Shown here piece after piece: positions 30,468 to 41,291 of a stretch of 64,000 nt of DNA (the stretch's first letter is position 1; each line of letters opens with the position of its first letter). This DNA comes from Alphaproteobacteria bacterium. Lineage in GTDB: Bacteria; Pseudomonadota; Alphaproteobacteria; JABAAW01. Below the pieces are notes generated by a model. It saw only the letters and a program-made list of their open reading frames with translations. It was not told the origin of the DNA and did not search any database. Location of the stretch: the NCBI GenBank assembly GCA_014238535.1, contig JABAAW010000001.1, positions 911-64,910 on the forward strand, given 5' to 3'. A program made the translations under genes and the position numbers.

Positions 30468-31793
30468 TTGACCTCTATTGGGATCATCGTTGTTTTAATT
30501 TTTATATCTGGTTTTTTCTCTGGAGCTGAAACTGCATTAACGAGCGCTAGTTCGCGAATTCGCGAACTAGCTCGACAAGGAGACTGGCGAGCCCGCATTG
30601 TCGAGAAGTTACGCGAGCGCAAGGACTTATTGCTAGGAACTATCTTAATTGGCAACAACCTAGTAAATATTTTTGCAGCTGCGCTAGCTACTAGTTTTTC
30701 GTTGCGCCTATTGGGATATAGCGGCGTCTTTTGGGCGACATTAATAATGACTGTATCGACTGTTGTGTTTGCTGAGGTTTTGCCGACGAGTTTGGCAGTG
30801 TTACATACGGACAAGGTAGCCTTATGGGTTGCACCGTTGTTGCGTCCTCTAGTTTTTTTGCTCCAACCTGTGACGCGTCCACTACGAGCGTTGCTACGAC
30901 TTTTTGGTGCAACGGCGAAGCGAGGCTCGGATGTGTTGGCAAACACTAGGGAGCGTATCGAGACGATGCGTGGGGCTATCGATACGCACACACCAAGCTT
31001 GCACGATGGACGCAAGATGTTGCACTCGGTCCTTGACCTTGACGAGGCGTCTCTTGAAGACGTTATGACGCATCGCAAGGATGTGGCGATGGTTGATGCC
31101 AGCTGGGATTTTGCTACGGTTGCACGGTTTGTTGCCGAGAGCAATTGGACACGTTTTCCGGTCTTTGACAAGAAAGACGACAATATTATCGGTGTGCTAC
31201 ATGCCAAGGTTTTTTTCCGTCAATGGTATAAGGTAGGAGTGGGGGTAAGAAATTTTGACATCGGTGCTACGAATAATGATCTTACGGCGCGTGATTCTGC
31301 GAGTCGTGACTCTACGGGTCGTGATTCTTTGCCATCGCTCCGCTCTTTTTTGAGCAAGCCATGGTTTGTTCCAGAAAAGAGGCATTTGCGCGACCAATTG
31401 CGAGCATTTCAGCAGCGGCGCGAGCATGTAGCGTTAGTCGTAGACGAGTATGGTGCGTTTATGGGTATCGTTACCCTAGAGGATATTATCGAGCAGATAG
31501 TCGGCGATATAGACGACGAGCACGATGTAAGCACACCACAGGAGATAAGATTACTCAGCGACGGAAATCATGTTGTTGCGGGAGATGTGCCTTTGCGTAT
31601 TTTGCGCCGCGAGTTGAACTGGAACTTGCCAGAAGACAAGGCAGTAACGCTTGCAGGTTTGGTTATACAAGAAGCGCGTGATCTAACGGAGCAGGGGCAG
31701 GAATTTGTTTTTCATGGCTTTCGCTTTAAGATTTTACGAAAAGATGAAAACCGTATCGCCTCGATTCTAGTCAGCAATCTCGAAAAAAAATAA
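30468..31793 (+). CDS. CNNM/DUF21 transmembrane domain - CBS pair - CorC_HlyC transporter-associated protein (TlyC/hemolysin C-like)
   Basis: Four N-terminal transmembrane helices, a tandem CBS region and a C-terminal CorC/HlyC domain. Contains an in-frame repeat insertion (DLTARDSASRDSTGRDS). Confidence 0.8.
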   Translation: MTSIGIIVVLIFISGFFSGAETALTSASSRIRELARQGDWRARIVEKLRERKDLLLGTILIGNNLVNIFAAALATSFSLRLLGYSGVFWATLIMTVSTVVFAEVLPTSLAVLHTDKVALWVAPLLRPLVFLLQPVTRPLRALLRLFGATAKRGSDVLANTRERIETMRGAIDTHTPSLHDGRKMLHSVLDLDEASLEDVMTHRKDVAMVDASWDFATVARFVAESNWTRFPVFDKKDDNIIGVLHAKVFFRQWYKVGVGVRNFDIGATNNDLTARDSASRDSTGRDSLPSLRSFLSKPWFVPEKRHLRDQLRAFQQRREHVALVVDEYGAFMGIVTLEDIIEQIVGDIDDEHDVSTPQEIRLLSDGNHVVAGDVPLRILRRELNWNLPEDKAVTLAGLVIQEARDLTEQGQEFVFHGFRFKILRKDENRIASILVSNLEKK

Positions 31794-31833
31794 AGAGTTA
31801 TCTAAATACTTTTAGCGGCATGGTTTTGTTCGC

Positions 31834-32628
31834 TTAAAATTTTGCGCTAGCTTTTCCTTTGTCTATCTGCTCGAGAATTTTCTCGACTTGCGCTAATGGG
31901 TCTTTTGCTTGCGTTATCGGTCTGCCGACTACGATGTGATCGGCACCTGCGGCGATGGCTTGTGTCGGTGTTGCTGTGCGTTTATGGTCGTGTGTGCTCA
32001 TTCCTTCAGGGCGAATACCGGGTGCGATTAGAATAGCTTCGGGGTATTTTTTGCGTAAAGTTGCTATTTCTTTGCCAGATGCGACAAGACCATCTAGTTT
32101 TCCTTTTTGCATCGCCATATCGGCTAACGACATCACAACATCATTGGTGCCCCGTTTGATACCCATTGCTCTTAACTCTGTTTGCCCTACGCTGGTAAGA
32201 AGGGTTATGCCGATAAGTTTTGTGCTGCGAGGTATTTCTGCCAAAGATTTTAGCAAGGATATAGACATACTATGCACGGACATGAAGTCGGCTTTTATCT
32301 TGCGTAAGGAGTGAATGGCAGCCTCAACGGTACGCGGAATATCGAAGGCCTTTGCATCGAAGAAAACTCTATTCCCCTGTTCTTTTAGTTCTTTGGCAAA
32401 GGCTATTCCTTGGGGGTGAAAAAACGTCTGCATGCCAATTTTGAAAAACCTTACTTTACCCGCTAGGTGTTTAACCAATTTTTCTGCGTCGTCTAGATCA
32501 GGATAATCGAGCGCAACGATTAGCTCAGATGAATATGAGTTGTTGAAAAGCCTATTGTTATTCTTATCAGGTAGTATCGAACGATTGTGAAATTCGTCTT
32601 GCATAGGCTCAATAGCCATTATCGCCAC
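31834..32628 (-). CDS. pyrF: Orotidine 5'-phosphate decarboxylase
   Basis: LIVALDYPD ... FFDAKAFDIPRTV, the catalytic Asp-Lys-Asp region of OMP decarboxylase. Confidence 0.8.
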   Translation of the reverse strand: MAIMAIEPMQDEFHNRSILPDKNNNRLFNNSYSSELIVALDYPDLDDAEKLVKHLAGKVRFFKIGMQTFFHPQGIAFAKELKEQGNRVFFDAKAFDIPRTVEAAIHSLRKIKADFMSVHSMSISLLKSLAEIPRSTKLIGITLLTSVGQTELRAMGIKRGTNDVVMSLADMAMQKGKLDGLVASGKEIATLRKKYPEAILIAPGIRPEGMSTHDHKRTATPTQAIAAGADHIVVGRPITQAKDPLAQVEKILEQIDKGKASAKF

Positions 32629-32733
32629 TCTCTATATTTGTACCTGCCTATATCATGCAGTGTATGGTATAGGCTCTTCTTCTGGACCGCAAAGAGACGC
32701 GAACTTTTTTGCACATTTATATGCACTAAAAAA

Positions 32734-33840
32734 TTATAATTCTGCGATGATAGCATCGCCCATTGCCTCGCTGGAGATGGGTTTTTCGGATATTGCTATA
32801 TCGGCGGTTCGCAGTCCGCGCATCAGCGCAGTTTCGACGGCATTTTCGACACGGCTTGCCAAGTCTTCACGCTCGAATGATATTCGTAGCATCATCGCGA
32901 GGCTGAGAATAGTTGCAAGCGGGTTAGCGATACCCTTGCCCGCGATGTCTGGTGCGCTTCCGTGTACTGGTTCGTAGAGTGCGTTTTGTCGTCCACTTTT
33001 TTCATCGCGAGTCCCCAAACTCGCGGATGCGAGCATGCCCAACGAGCCCGTCAGCATCGCTGCGACATCGGATAGCAAATCGCCAAACAAGTTGTCGGTC
33101 AATATTATATCGAATTGTTTTGGTTCGCGTACTAGTTGCATCGCGCAGTTGTCGGCGAGTATATGGTTGAGCGTCACCTCGCTGAATTTTTTTTTGTGTC
33201 GCTCTGATACAATTTTGCGCCAGAAGTATCCTGTTTCCATGACATTGGCTTTATCTGCGGAATGCAAAACCGCTCGCCTCTGTCTAGCGAGTTCGAATGC
33301 CACATCAGTTATGCGCACTATTTCCGCTTCGGAGTATGCTTGCGTGTCGACCCATCGCGAGCTACCATCGGGCATTTTCTCCTCCCCGCGAGGCTTTCCG
33401 AAATAAACCCCTGCGCTTAACTCGCGTACGATAAGTAAATCGAGTCCCTGCACAAGTTCAGGCTTTAGACTCGATGCATCTACGAGTGCCTTGAAACACT
33501 TCGCAGGACGCAAGTTAGCGAATAGGTCGAGTTCTTTGCGTAAGCGCAAAAGAGCCACCTCGGGTCTTTTGTCCCTCGGTGCTTCAAGGTCGAAGCGTGG
33601 AGCTCCCACCGCGCCCAACAAGATTGCGTCGGCTTCTTTTGCCTGCGCCAAGACATGCTCTGGCAACGGGTCGCCTTCCTCTAGCCACGCTACCCCTCCC
33701 ACTTGTGCGTCAGAGATTGTCGCGACGAAGTCGCCTTGCTTGATGAAGGCTTCAAGTACGCGCCGTGCTTGCGTGACTATTTCTGGTCCTATTCCATCGC
33801 CAGCTAGCAACAGAATAGCTGGCTTATCATCAGAAGCCAA
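32734..33840 (-). CDS. leuB: 3-isopropylmalate dehydrogenase
   Basis: Isocitrate/isopropylmalate dehydrogenase signature (NLFGDLLSD); 368 aa; in the leuCDB block. Confidence 0.9.
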   Translation of the reverse strand: MASDDKPAILLLAGDGIGPEIVTQARRVLEAFIKQGDFVATISDAQVGGVAWLEEGDPLPEHVLAQAKEADAILLGAVGAPRFDLEAPRDKRPEVALLRLRKELDLFANLRPAKCFKALVDASSLKPELVQGLDLLIVRELSAGVYFGKPRGEEKMPDGSSRWVDTQAYSEAEIVRITDVAFELARQRRAVLHSADKANVMETGYFWRKIVSERHKKKFSEVTLNHILADNCAMQLVREPKQFDIILTDNLFGDLLSDVAAMLTGSLGMLASASLGTRDEKSGRQNALYEPVHGSAPDIAGKGIANPLATILSLAMMLRISFEREDLASRVENAVETALMRGLRTADIAISEKPISSEAMGDAIIAEL

Positions 33841-33870
33841 TTTGCTCTCCCTCGCTATGCGTATGAAAGA

Positions 33871-34509
33871 CTATGCGTGTCTTTCGAGAGTGTCTTGCGT
33901 AGATTTTTTCAACCATGGGTTGTTGCTGTAGTAGCTATGCTCGAACTCCCTGATGGCATCGATTTGCTCTAGCGTATGCGATATTGCATCCCTGCCATCT
34001 AATAGGGCTTGCTTGCGCTCACCATCGATTTCGAAGGTAACACTACCGTCAGATGTGGTTATTGTTTGCTTGGCAAGGTCTACGGAGAAAGTTGCCTTAT
34101 CGGCGTGCGTCGCTTGCTCCATCAGCTTTCGTACCCGTTGTTCTGGCAGGATAATGGGTAGCAATGCGTTTTGGAAGCAGTTGTTGTAGAAGATGTCGGC
34201 GAATCGAGAAGCAATGACGACTTGAATGCCAAATCCGCGTAGCGCCCAAGGGGCGTGCTCGCGCGACGAACCACAGCCGAAGTTTTCGCCGCTAATCAGT
34301 ATTTTTGCATTACTCCAAGGCTTACGGTTTAGAATGAAGTCTGGTTTTAGCTTGCCGTTAGGCTCGAAGCGCAGGTCGAAGAAAAGTGCCTCGCCTAATC
34401 CATCACGAACGACTGTTTTCAGGAATTGTTTGGGAATTATCATGTCTGTATCGACATTGCGCAAGTCGAGTGGAGCGGCGATTCCCGACACTTTTTGAAA
34501 TTTTTCCAT
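33871..34509 (-). CDS. leuD: 3-isopropylmalate dehydratase small subunit
   Basis: 212 aa aconitase swivel-domain protein immediately downstream of leuC. Confidence 0.9.
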   Translation of the reverse strand: MEKFQKVSGIAAPLDLRNVDTDMIIPKQFLKTVVRDGLGEALFFDLRFEPNGKLKPDFILNRKPWSNAKILISGENFGCGSSREHAPWALRGFGIQVVIASRFADIFYNNCFQNALLPIILPEQRVRKLMEQATHADKATFSVDLAKQTITTSDGSVTFEIDGERKQALLDGRDAISHTLEQIDAIREFEHSYYSNNPWLKKSTQDTLERHA

Positions 34510-35972
34510 CAGAGTATACTACGCACGTCGGTTAGTTTTCCGGCGATAGCCGCAGCAGCAGCCATCGCTGGGCTCATAAGATGGGTCCTTCCGCCGCGGC
34601 CCTGCCTACCTTCGAAGTTTCGGTTAGAGGTCGAAGCGCACCGTTGCTGCGGTGTTAGTTGGTCTTCGTTCATCCCTAGACACATAGAGCAGCCTGCATC
34701 GCGCCACTCGAAACCAGCCTCGATTAGTATTTGCTCGATGCCTTCTTGCGCAGCTTGAGCTTTGACGAGTCCTGAACCTGGCACAACCATAGCGTGCACG
34801 GATTTTGCGACACGCTTGTTTTTTACAATTTTCGCAACAGTTCGTAAATCTTCGATGCGTCCGTTGGTACAAGAGCCGATAAATACTTTGTCGATGCTAA
34901 TGTCCTGCATTCTTGTTCCGGCCTGCAACCCCATATAATCAAGCGCACGCCGTATGGTCGTTTTCTGCTGCTCGCTTCCCGTTGGAGCGGGGACGCTATC
35001 GGTTATTGGCACGACTTGTTCTGGGCTTGTCCCCCAAGTGACTTGCGGCGCGATATCGGCTGCCTTGATAGTTTCCTCGCGTTCGTAATGCGCGCCTTCA
35101 TCAGAAGAGAGTTGTCGCCATTCTTGGCAGGCTTTTTCCCACATATCGCCTTTTGGAGCGAGCGGTCTTCCTTTCAGATAATCGAATGTTTTTTGATCTG
35201 GTTCTATCAATCCTGCTCGTGCGCCTGCCTCGATGGACATATTGCATATTGTCATGCGCGCTTCCATGCTTAGGTTTTGTATCACCTCTCCTGCATACTC
35301 GATTACATGTCCTGTGCCGCCTGCGGTTCCGATTTTGCCAATGACAGCCAAGATGATGTCTTTCGCGCTCACGCCTAGCGGCATTTCCCCGACGATTTTT
35401 ATGCGCATATTCATCAGCCGCCCGACGCGCAGAGTTTGCGTTGCTAGCACATGCTCGACCTCGGAGGTTCCTATTCCGAAAGCGAGAGCACCGAATGCAC
35501 CGTGTGTTGCGGTATGCGAATCGCCGCATACGATTGTCATGCCAGGTTGCGTCAAGCCTTGCTCTGGTCCTATTACATGGACTATTCCCTGCCTTTTATC
35601 GTTTAGCGAAAAGAGGTTTAGATTGAAGTCACGGCAGTTTTTCTCCAATGTTTCGATCTGTATGCGGCTTTCTGTATCTTTGACTCCCTCGTTTCCCAGT
35701 TCGCGATTGCGTGTAGGTACATTGTGGTCTACAACAGCGAGCGTTGTTTCTGGTCTTAACACGCTCCGCCCCGCTTTTCGCAGTCCTTCGAATGCTTGCG
35801 GGGAGGTTACCTCGTGGATTAAGTGCCTATCGATGTATAGTAACGCTGTGCCATCGGCACTATGTTCGATGGCATGGCTTTCCCAAATTTTGTCAAAGAG
35901 GGTTTTTGCCGAAGAATTACTAACAGGAGAACCACTAAAGGAGAGTTCGGAGGAAGGCGTGTCGGTCGGCAT
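34509..35972 (-). CDS. leuC: 3-isopropylmalate dehydratase large subunit
   Basis: Aconitase family Fe-S ligands ([15 protein letters not shown]); 487 aa. Confidence 0.9.
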   Translation of the reverse strand: MPTDTPSSELSFSGSPVSNSSAKTLFDKIWESHAIEHSADGTALLYIDRHLIHEVTSPQAFEGLRKAGRSVLRPETTLAVVDHNVPTRNRELGNEGVKDTESRIQIETLEKNCRDFNLNLFSLNDKRQGIVHVIGPEQGLTQPGMTIVCGDSHTATHGAFGALAFGIGTSEVEHVLATQTLRVGRLMNMRIKIVGEMPLGVSAKDIILAVIGKIGTAGGTGHVIEYAGEVIQNLSMEARMTICNMSIEAGARAGLIEPDQKTFDYLKGRPLAPKGDMWEKACQEWRQLSSDEGAHYEREETIKAADIAPQVTWGTSPEQVVPITDSVPAPTGSEQQKTTIRRALDYMGLQAGTRMQDISIDKVFIGSCTNGRIEDLRTVAKIVKNKRVAKSVHAMVVPGSGLVKAQAAQEGIEQILIEAGFEWRDAGCSMCLGMNEDQLTPQQRCASTSNRNFEGRQGRGGRTHLMSPAMAAAAAIAGKLTDVRSIL

Positions 35973-36034
35973 TTTTATATAGCGATTATCTCATTCTGGG
36001 ATGGCTTATGATGTTTTTGCGCTATTTTTGCGCT

Positions 36035-36568
36035 TTATTCGCTTGAACTGCCTTCTTTTGCTTGCATTGCTTTTTCTTGTTTTTTGTCTGCTAGTTGTGT
36101 TCGATCTTCGCGTGCGCGTGTTATGTCTTCAGCGATGCGCGCACGTTTTCCCTGTCGGTCGCGTAGGTAGTATAGTTTTGCACGGCGTACCTGCCCTCGC
36201 TGCACGATTTCTATCGTCGCTATGTTTGGGCTATGTAATGGGAATACCCGCTCGACTCCCTCCCCATAAGACCTTTTGCGCACAGTGAAACTACTGCCCA
36301 AACCCGCGTTATGCCTAGCGATGCATACCCCTTCGAACGCTTGTAGCCTTTCGGTTTCGCCTTCGCGAATGCGTACTTGCACGCGAAGAGAATCGCCGGC
36401 GCGGAATTGCGGTATTTCTGTAGCAGCGAAAGTTTTACTTTGCCTCTTGCCTTTGGCTTTTTTATCGCTTGCCTCGTCGGCTTTGCCATCTGTGGGCACT
36501 ATTAGTGCCTTGGTTATTTTTGCCAAGTGCGCCTGTTCAAAGGCTTCGATTTCTGCAGGGCGTGTCAT
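36035..36568 (-). CDS. rplS: 50S ribosomal protein L19 (with K/E-rich C-terminal extension)
   Basis: Conserved L19 core ([29 protein letters not shown]...); a ~55-aa charged tail follows. Confidence 0.9.
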   Translation of the reverse strand: MTRPAEIEAFEQAHLAKITKALIVPTDGKADEASDKKAKGKRQSKTFAATEIPQFRAGDSLRVQVRIREGETERLQAFEGVCIARHNAGLGSSFTVRKRSYGEGVERVFPLHSPNIATIEIVQRGQVRRAKLYYLRDRQGKRARIAEDITRAREDRTQLADKKQEKAMQAKEGSSSE

Positions 36569-36742
36569 TTTTATCGAGGATCGTTTTTCGCTTTAGTTTT
36601 ATATTTTTACATCTTCACTCTATCTTGGCACTCTAGCCTCGGCTACTCTAGCAAAAATAAGTTGCCCAAGCCATACTAAAATTAGCCATAAATTTTTACT
36701 TTGTGCACGCAGCTAGCATTTAACCAAGTGTTATTTAAGGCA

Positions 36743-37462
36743 CTATTTAACGGGTTGTTTAGAGTTTTCCTTTAGATACTCTTCCCATAAATCTGGTCTG
36801 CGCTCGCGGGTTATTTTTTCCGCCATCGTCTTCCGCCATTTTTGTATGCGAGCGTGATCACCGGATAGTAGTTCTGGTGGGGGTTTTTTCCCGCGCCACA
36901 CGGCGGGTCTAGTATAGTGGGGATATTCCAACAAGCCATTTTCGAAACTGTCATTTTTTGTAGCTTCGGCGTTTGCTATAACACCATCGATCAGTCGCAC
37001 GACTGCCTCGATGATCGCTATTGCGGCGACATCACCGCTTGCGAGCAGGAAGTCGCCGATCGAGATTTCTTGCAAGTTAAACTCTTCGAGCACCCTTTGA
37101 TCGACTGCCTCGTAGCGTCCGCATAGGAAGACTATTCCTGGAGCCTTAGCGAGTTTTCGTACAGTTTTTTGTGTTATCGGCCTACCGCGCGGAGTCGGAT
37201 ATATCGCAACAGCACCAACAGGTGCAATTGCTAGTGCTTTTTCCATTGCCTTAGCGCATGGCTCGGGGCGTATTACCATGCCGCTGCCGCCGCCGAATGT
37301 AGCATCGTCTAGCCTTTTGTCGCCTGCAAATTCGGTTAGCGAGACGGTTTCCAATCTCCATATTCCCCTAGCAAGTGCTTTTCCGCATAGCGATAAACCC
37401 AATGGACCTGGATAGGCATTTGGAAACAAGGTTGCTATGACGACAGAATATGGTGCAGGCAT
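36743..37462 (-). CDS. trmD: tRNA (guanine37-N1)-methyltransferase
   Basis: SPOUT TrmD motifs (GRYEAVDQRV, DVAAIAIIEAVVR). Confidence 0.9.
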   Translation of the reverse strand: MPAPYSVVIATLFPNAYPGPLGLSLCGKALARGIWRLETVSLTEFAGDKRLDDATFGGGSGMVIRPEPCAKAMEKALAIAPVGAVAIYPTPRGRPITQKTVRKLAKAPGIVFLCGRYEAVDQRVLEEFNLQEISIGDFLLASGDVAAIAIIEAVVRLIDGVIANAEATKNDSFENGLLEYPHYTRPAVWRGKKPPPELLSGDHARIQKWRKTMAEKITRERRPDLWEEYLKENSKQPVK

Positions 37463-37480
37463 AGTGCTTTTGCTTTATCG

Positions 37481-38098
37481 CTATCTAGCGGTGTCCTGTT
37501 TTTTTGCTAAAAGGTTAGCTAAATTATCGGCGTAGATTCCGCCCACCTCGATAGCATTTGCAGATACTTTTGGTACGCTCTCATGCGTGAATGGTATGAA
37601 GACTCTTTCTTTTGGTTTTTCTAGCTGCTTGTTTTTTGGTTGCACATCTAGCAAATCGCCTGCGCCGAAGTTATGTATGGCTATGACTTCGCCGAGCACT
37701 TCGCCGTTTTTATCTAGTACGGGTAGTCCGATCAATGTTCGGTGGTAGAATAGATTTTCCTCCAGCGGTTGTAAGTCTTGTTGTAAGACATATAGTTCTG
37801 CGCCTTGTAAGGCGACAGCTTGCTCGCGGTTTTCGCAACCAAGTATGCTGGCTAGTAGCCTTCTAGCGTTTTTGTATGGGCGCACATTTTTTAGTTTTAC
37901 GAAGCCTTGCCCTAGTTCGTCGCATCGTAATTTTTCGTATTGGGCTATGCTCTCAGGCGGTTCTGCGAAGCTTTCGATTTTCATAAGCCCGTTTGTTCCA
38001 TGTGCTGAGCACAAGCGCCCGAGCAAGACATGATCTTTGTGCGCTTTGTCGTATGTAGTTTTATTACGCTTTTGCGATTCTAAACCACTGTTAGCCAC
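37481..38098 (-). CDS. rimM: Ribosome maturation factor RimM
   Basis: Position in the rpsP-rimM-trmD-rplS operon; PRC-barrel-like C-terminus. Confidence 0.75.
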   Translation of the reverse strand: MANSGLESQKRNKTTYDKAHKDHVLLGRLCSAHGTNGLMKIESFAEPPESIAQYEKLRCDELGQGFVKLKNVRPYKNARRLLASILGCENREQAVALQGAELYVLQQDLQPLEENLFYHRTLIGLPVLDKNGEVLGEVIAIHNFGAGDLLDVQPKNKQLEKPKERVFIPFTHESVPKVSANAIEVGGIYADNLANLLAKKQDTAR

Positions 38099-38157
38099 GG
38101 TTTAAGTTCAGCGGTAGTAGGATGCAGAGAACAGATGAAGGCGTTAGGTTTTTTTGT

Positions 38158-38577
38158 TTATTTTTCGGAAGTTTTTTCTTCTTTGCTCTGTTCTTCTGTC
38201 GTAGCGACTATGGTTTCTTTGGCTGGTTTTTCTACAGGGGTTTCCTTATTTTTTAGTTCCTGTTCGCGTTTTGCGAGTTCTTTTTTCCTCGGCATGGATT
38301 TTTTTGTTTGTTGCGGTATGGGAGGTTTTTCACCGATGCCGATTTGGTGTAGGAATAATGCTACACGTCGCGATGGTTGCGCGCCTCGTGCAATCCAGTG
38401 TTGCGCTCGCTCGCCGTCGAGAGTTACTCGCTTTGTTTTTTCTTCGAGCAGTGGGTTATAGTGTCCGATTTTTTCGATAAACCTGCCGTCTCGCGGCATG
38501 CGTTTGTCGGCGATGACGACTCGATAGAATGGTCTTTTGCGCGCTCCTGCACGCGCTAGGCGAATTGACAAAGACAT
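38158..38577 (-). CDS. rpsP: 30S ribosomal protein S16 (with long basic/acidic C-terminal tail)
   Basis: [43 protein letters not shown] is canonical S16. Confidence 0.9.
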   Translation of the reverse strand: MSLSIRLARAGARKRPFYRVVIADKRMPRDGRFIEKIGHYNPLLEEKTKRVTLDGERAQHWIARGAQPSRRVALFLHQIGIGEKPPIPQQTKKSMPRKKELAKREQELKNKETPVEKPAKETIVATTEEQSKEEKTSEK

Positions 38578-38734
38578 AATGCGGTTCTTACAGTGATTGC
38601 TTGGAAAGTGTTTCGAGATATTTTTCTTGCGTCTGACGCTATTGTAGCGTGCTTTACATATAGAGTCATAGACTTTTATAACAAAGACCTACAACAAACC
38701 TTGCATTGCGCTGTGCTATTCTCGCTTATTTTTC

Positions 38735-40150
38735 CTAGCGGAACAAGCTTGTAGCGTTTCGTTGTAGTGCTTTGTCATCCCACTTCGCCATAGTTTTCAT
38801 GGCTTTAGCGGTGCTAGCGTGATTTTTTAGCAAACGATTGACTTCGACGATCGTAGCACTCGCGCCGCTAGCGATTCGTTTTTTGCGCGATGCGTGGATA
38901 ATTTTTGGATTTTTTCTCTCATCGCGAGTCATGGCATTGATGATTACCTCTTGGCGTTTCAGTTTGTCGGCGTTGACCATTGATTTGGCGCGCGCGTTGT
39001 TGATTTTATCCTGCATGGCTTTCGGTAGGTGCTTTGCGAGTCCTTCTAATCCTCCAACATTGCGCATCTGTTGTATCTGTTTTTTGTGAGCGTTAAGGTT
39101 GAATTTTCCGTATGCAATGTCTTTTTTTTCTTGTTTTTCGCTGGTTTTTTCTACTTTTGGGGTACTTTTTTGCATTTTTTCGACCAACCCTTTCAAGTCG
39201 CCGCGCCCTAAAATTCTGCTCGCGATTGCGTTAGGGTCAAATTTTTCTAAGGCATCTATACTTTCTCCAGTCCCGGCGAAGCGAACGGGCTTTTTAGCGC
39301 TACTCATCATGGACAGGGCTGCCCCTGCACGCGCATCGCCATCTAACCTTGTCAGTATTATTCCACTTATTTGTAAGCGTTGTTTGAAGCTCTCGGCGAT
39401 ATTTGCCGCTTCTTGCCCGAGCATAGCGTCGGCTACGAGTAGCGTTTCGCGTGGTGTGAGTATTTTTGCGATGCTAGCAATTTCATCCATCGCTTGCTCG
39501 TCTACCTGCATGCGTCCGGCGGTATCGCAAATCAGTAGCGCGTTTTTTTTTGTAGCGATATTTTTTGCATGCTTTGCGAATGCTATGACTCTATTAGTTA
39601 TGGCGTTACCGGTTACTCCTTCGTTATTTTCAGGGTTTTCGCTTTGTAGGATGGTTGGGATTTTGGCGCGTTGCGCTAGTGTTAGCAGCTGCTGTTCTGC
39701 GGCGGGTCTGGAGAAGTCGAGTGATACGAGTAGCGGATTGTGCTTCTGTTTTTGAAGATGAAAGGCGAGTTTTACGGCGGTTGTAGTTTTTCCGCTCCCT
39801 TGTAGTCCTGCGAGCAAAATTGTTGGCGGGTTTGACAATTCTATCTCTGTTGAGGCTAATCGCATCGGTCGCTGTGCGCCTTCGCCTAGCAAACGAGCGA
39901 GCGCATTTTGCGCTCGTTTCAGTAGTTCATCGGCTGGGTTTATAGTTTGAGCCAGCTCTTGTGTTAGCAGATCGGTGCGCGGTGCGAAATTTTCGAAGAA
40001 TGCTTTGACCGCGTTTAACGCCACATCTGCCTCTAGCAGAGCACGACGTATTTCTTGGTTTGCGTTTTCTATGTCTTGTTCGCGCAAGGAAGCGCGCCTA
40101 CGCAATCCGCCGAACACGTTTTCTAGCGATTGACTCAGTTGATCGAACAT
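38735..40150 (-). CDS. ffh: Signal recognition particle protein Ffh
   Basis: N-domain, GTPase G-domain (GLQGSGKTTT, DTAGR) and Met-rich M-domain; 471 aa. Confidence 0.95.
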   Translation of the reverse strand: MFDQLSQSLENVFGGLRRRASLREQDIENANQEIRRALLEADVALNAVKAFFENFAPRTDLLTQELAQTINPADELLKRAQNALARLLGEGAQRPMRLASTEIELSNPPTILLAGLQGSGKTTTAVKLAFHLQKQKHNPLLVSLDFSRPAAEQQLLTLAQRAKIPTILQSENPENNEGVTGNAITNRVIAFAKHAKNIATKKNALLICDTAGRMQVDEQAMDEIASIAKILTPRETLLVADAMLGQEAANIAESFKQRLQISGIILTRLDGDARAGAALSMMSSAKKPVRFAGTGESIDALEKFDPNAIASRILGRGDLKGLVEKMQKSTPKVEKTSEKQEKKDIAYGKFNLNAHKKQIQQMRNVGGLEGLAKHLPKAMQDKINNARAKSMVNADKLKRQEVIINAMTRDERKNPKIIHASRKKRIASGASATIVEVNRLLKNHASTAKAMKTMAKWDDKALQRNATSLFR

Positions 40151-40298
40151 CTTTCCTACCTTTTCGTATTTATATTGAGGATTTTTGACAATAGTAGTTG
40201 TGAAGTCAATAGTGCAAGTGGCGGTTGTTACCTACTGCTGTTATGCGTGGCTTGCTTGTACTTTGGCTATTACGCTTTGTTTATTATACATTGAGTAT

Positions 40299-41270
40299 AT
40301 GGAAGAAGAAGTTATGGAGGCAGGTAATGAATTTGACTACTCTGAAGACAAGAATTTAGTTGATTGGTTTTTGGACGCTCGTTTTGCTGAGCGCAACATA
40401 GCGCAGAACACGATGTCTGCTTACCGCTCGGACTTGCGTGCTCTCGCCGATTTTTTGCACGCGCGCGGTAAATCGCTGAAGAGTGCTGAGCGCGATGATC
40501 TACAAGATTGGTATGGCTACCTGCACGATGTGCGCGAGCTAAAAGCAACGAGTTTGGCGCGTAACCTTGCTACGCTACGGCAGTTTTATCGCTTTGTGGT
40601 AGCTGAGCGGTTATGCCCGCAAGACCCGACTTTACACATGGAGTCGCCTCGATTTTCGCGTCTTCTCCCGCGAGTGCCTAGCGTACAGATGATGCGCTTG
40701 TTAATGGAAGGTATAGAGCATGATGGGAGATCGACGGCTACTAAAGCGAATTCGTTGCGCCTGCGGTTATTGGTTTCGCTATGCTACGGCTCTGGCCTGC
40801 GCGTCTCGGAGCTTGTTAGCCTCGAGCGAGGAGCACTTTCTAGGGAACCTCCTATTGCGAAGATAGTCGGCAAGGGAGACAAGATTCGTTTTGTTCCGTT
40901 GCTACCTAGCACATTTAGCGCATACGATTCTTACTTGAATGTGCGAGAAAAGTTCATTCCGAATTACCTTAAAGGAGTTTCACCGTATATTTTTCCCTCG
41001 ACTTCGCTCAAAGGTCACCTTACGCGTCAGCGTTTCGGTCAGCTGTTGAAGGATGCGGCAACGCGAGTCGGGCTTGATGCGAGCAAACTATCGCCGCACA
41101 AATTACGCCATGCCTTTGCGACACACTTGCTTGCGGGTGGTGCGGATTTACGTGCGATTCAAACGATGCTTGGGCATTCGGATATTTCTACGACCCAGAT
41201 TTACACGCACCTAGTAGACGAGCAGTTACAGAAGTTGGTGCATACGAAGCACCCGCTTGCAGATAAGTAG
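40299..41270 (+). CDS. xerD: Tyrosine recombinase XerD (chromosome dimer resolution)
   Basis: C-terminal HKLRHAFATHLLAGGADLRAIQTMLGHSDISTTQIYTH is near-identical in pattern to canonical XerD. The start is moved to MEEEVME; the track ORF starts at 40185 with an implausible hydrophobic leader. Confidence 0.85.
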   Translation: MEEEVMEAGNEFDYSEDKNLVDWFLDARFAERNIAQNTMSAYRSDLRALADFLHARGKSLKSAERDDLQDWYGYLHDVRELKATSLARNLATLRQFYRFVVAERLCPQDPTLHMESPRFSRLLPRVPSVQMMRLLMEGIEHDGRSTATKANSLRLRLLVSLCYGSGLRVSELVSLERGALSREPPIAKIVGKGDKIRFVPLLPSTFSAYDSYLNVREKFIPNYLKGVSPYIFPSTSLKGHLTRQRFGQLLKDAATRVGLDASKLSPHKLRHAFATHLLAGGADLRAIQTMLGHSDISTTQIYTHLVDEQLQKLVHTKHPLADK

Positions 41271-41291
41271 CAGTATACTCTCGTTTATTTC

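Noticed and set aside
40185-41270. xerD as a phage or island integrase responsible for the adjacent islet
   Set aside because: The C-terminal catalytic region matches chromosomal XerD nearly residue-for-residue, and the gene composition is host-like. It is most likely the housekeeping dif recombinase that merely borders the insertion.
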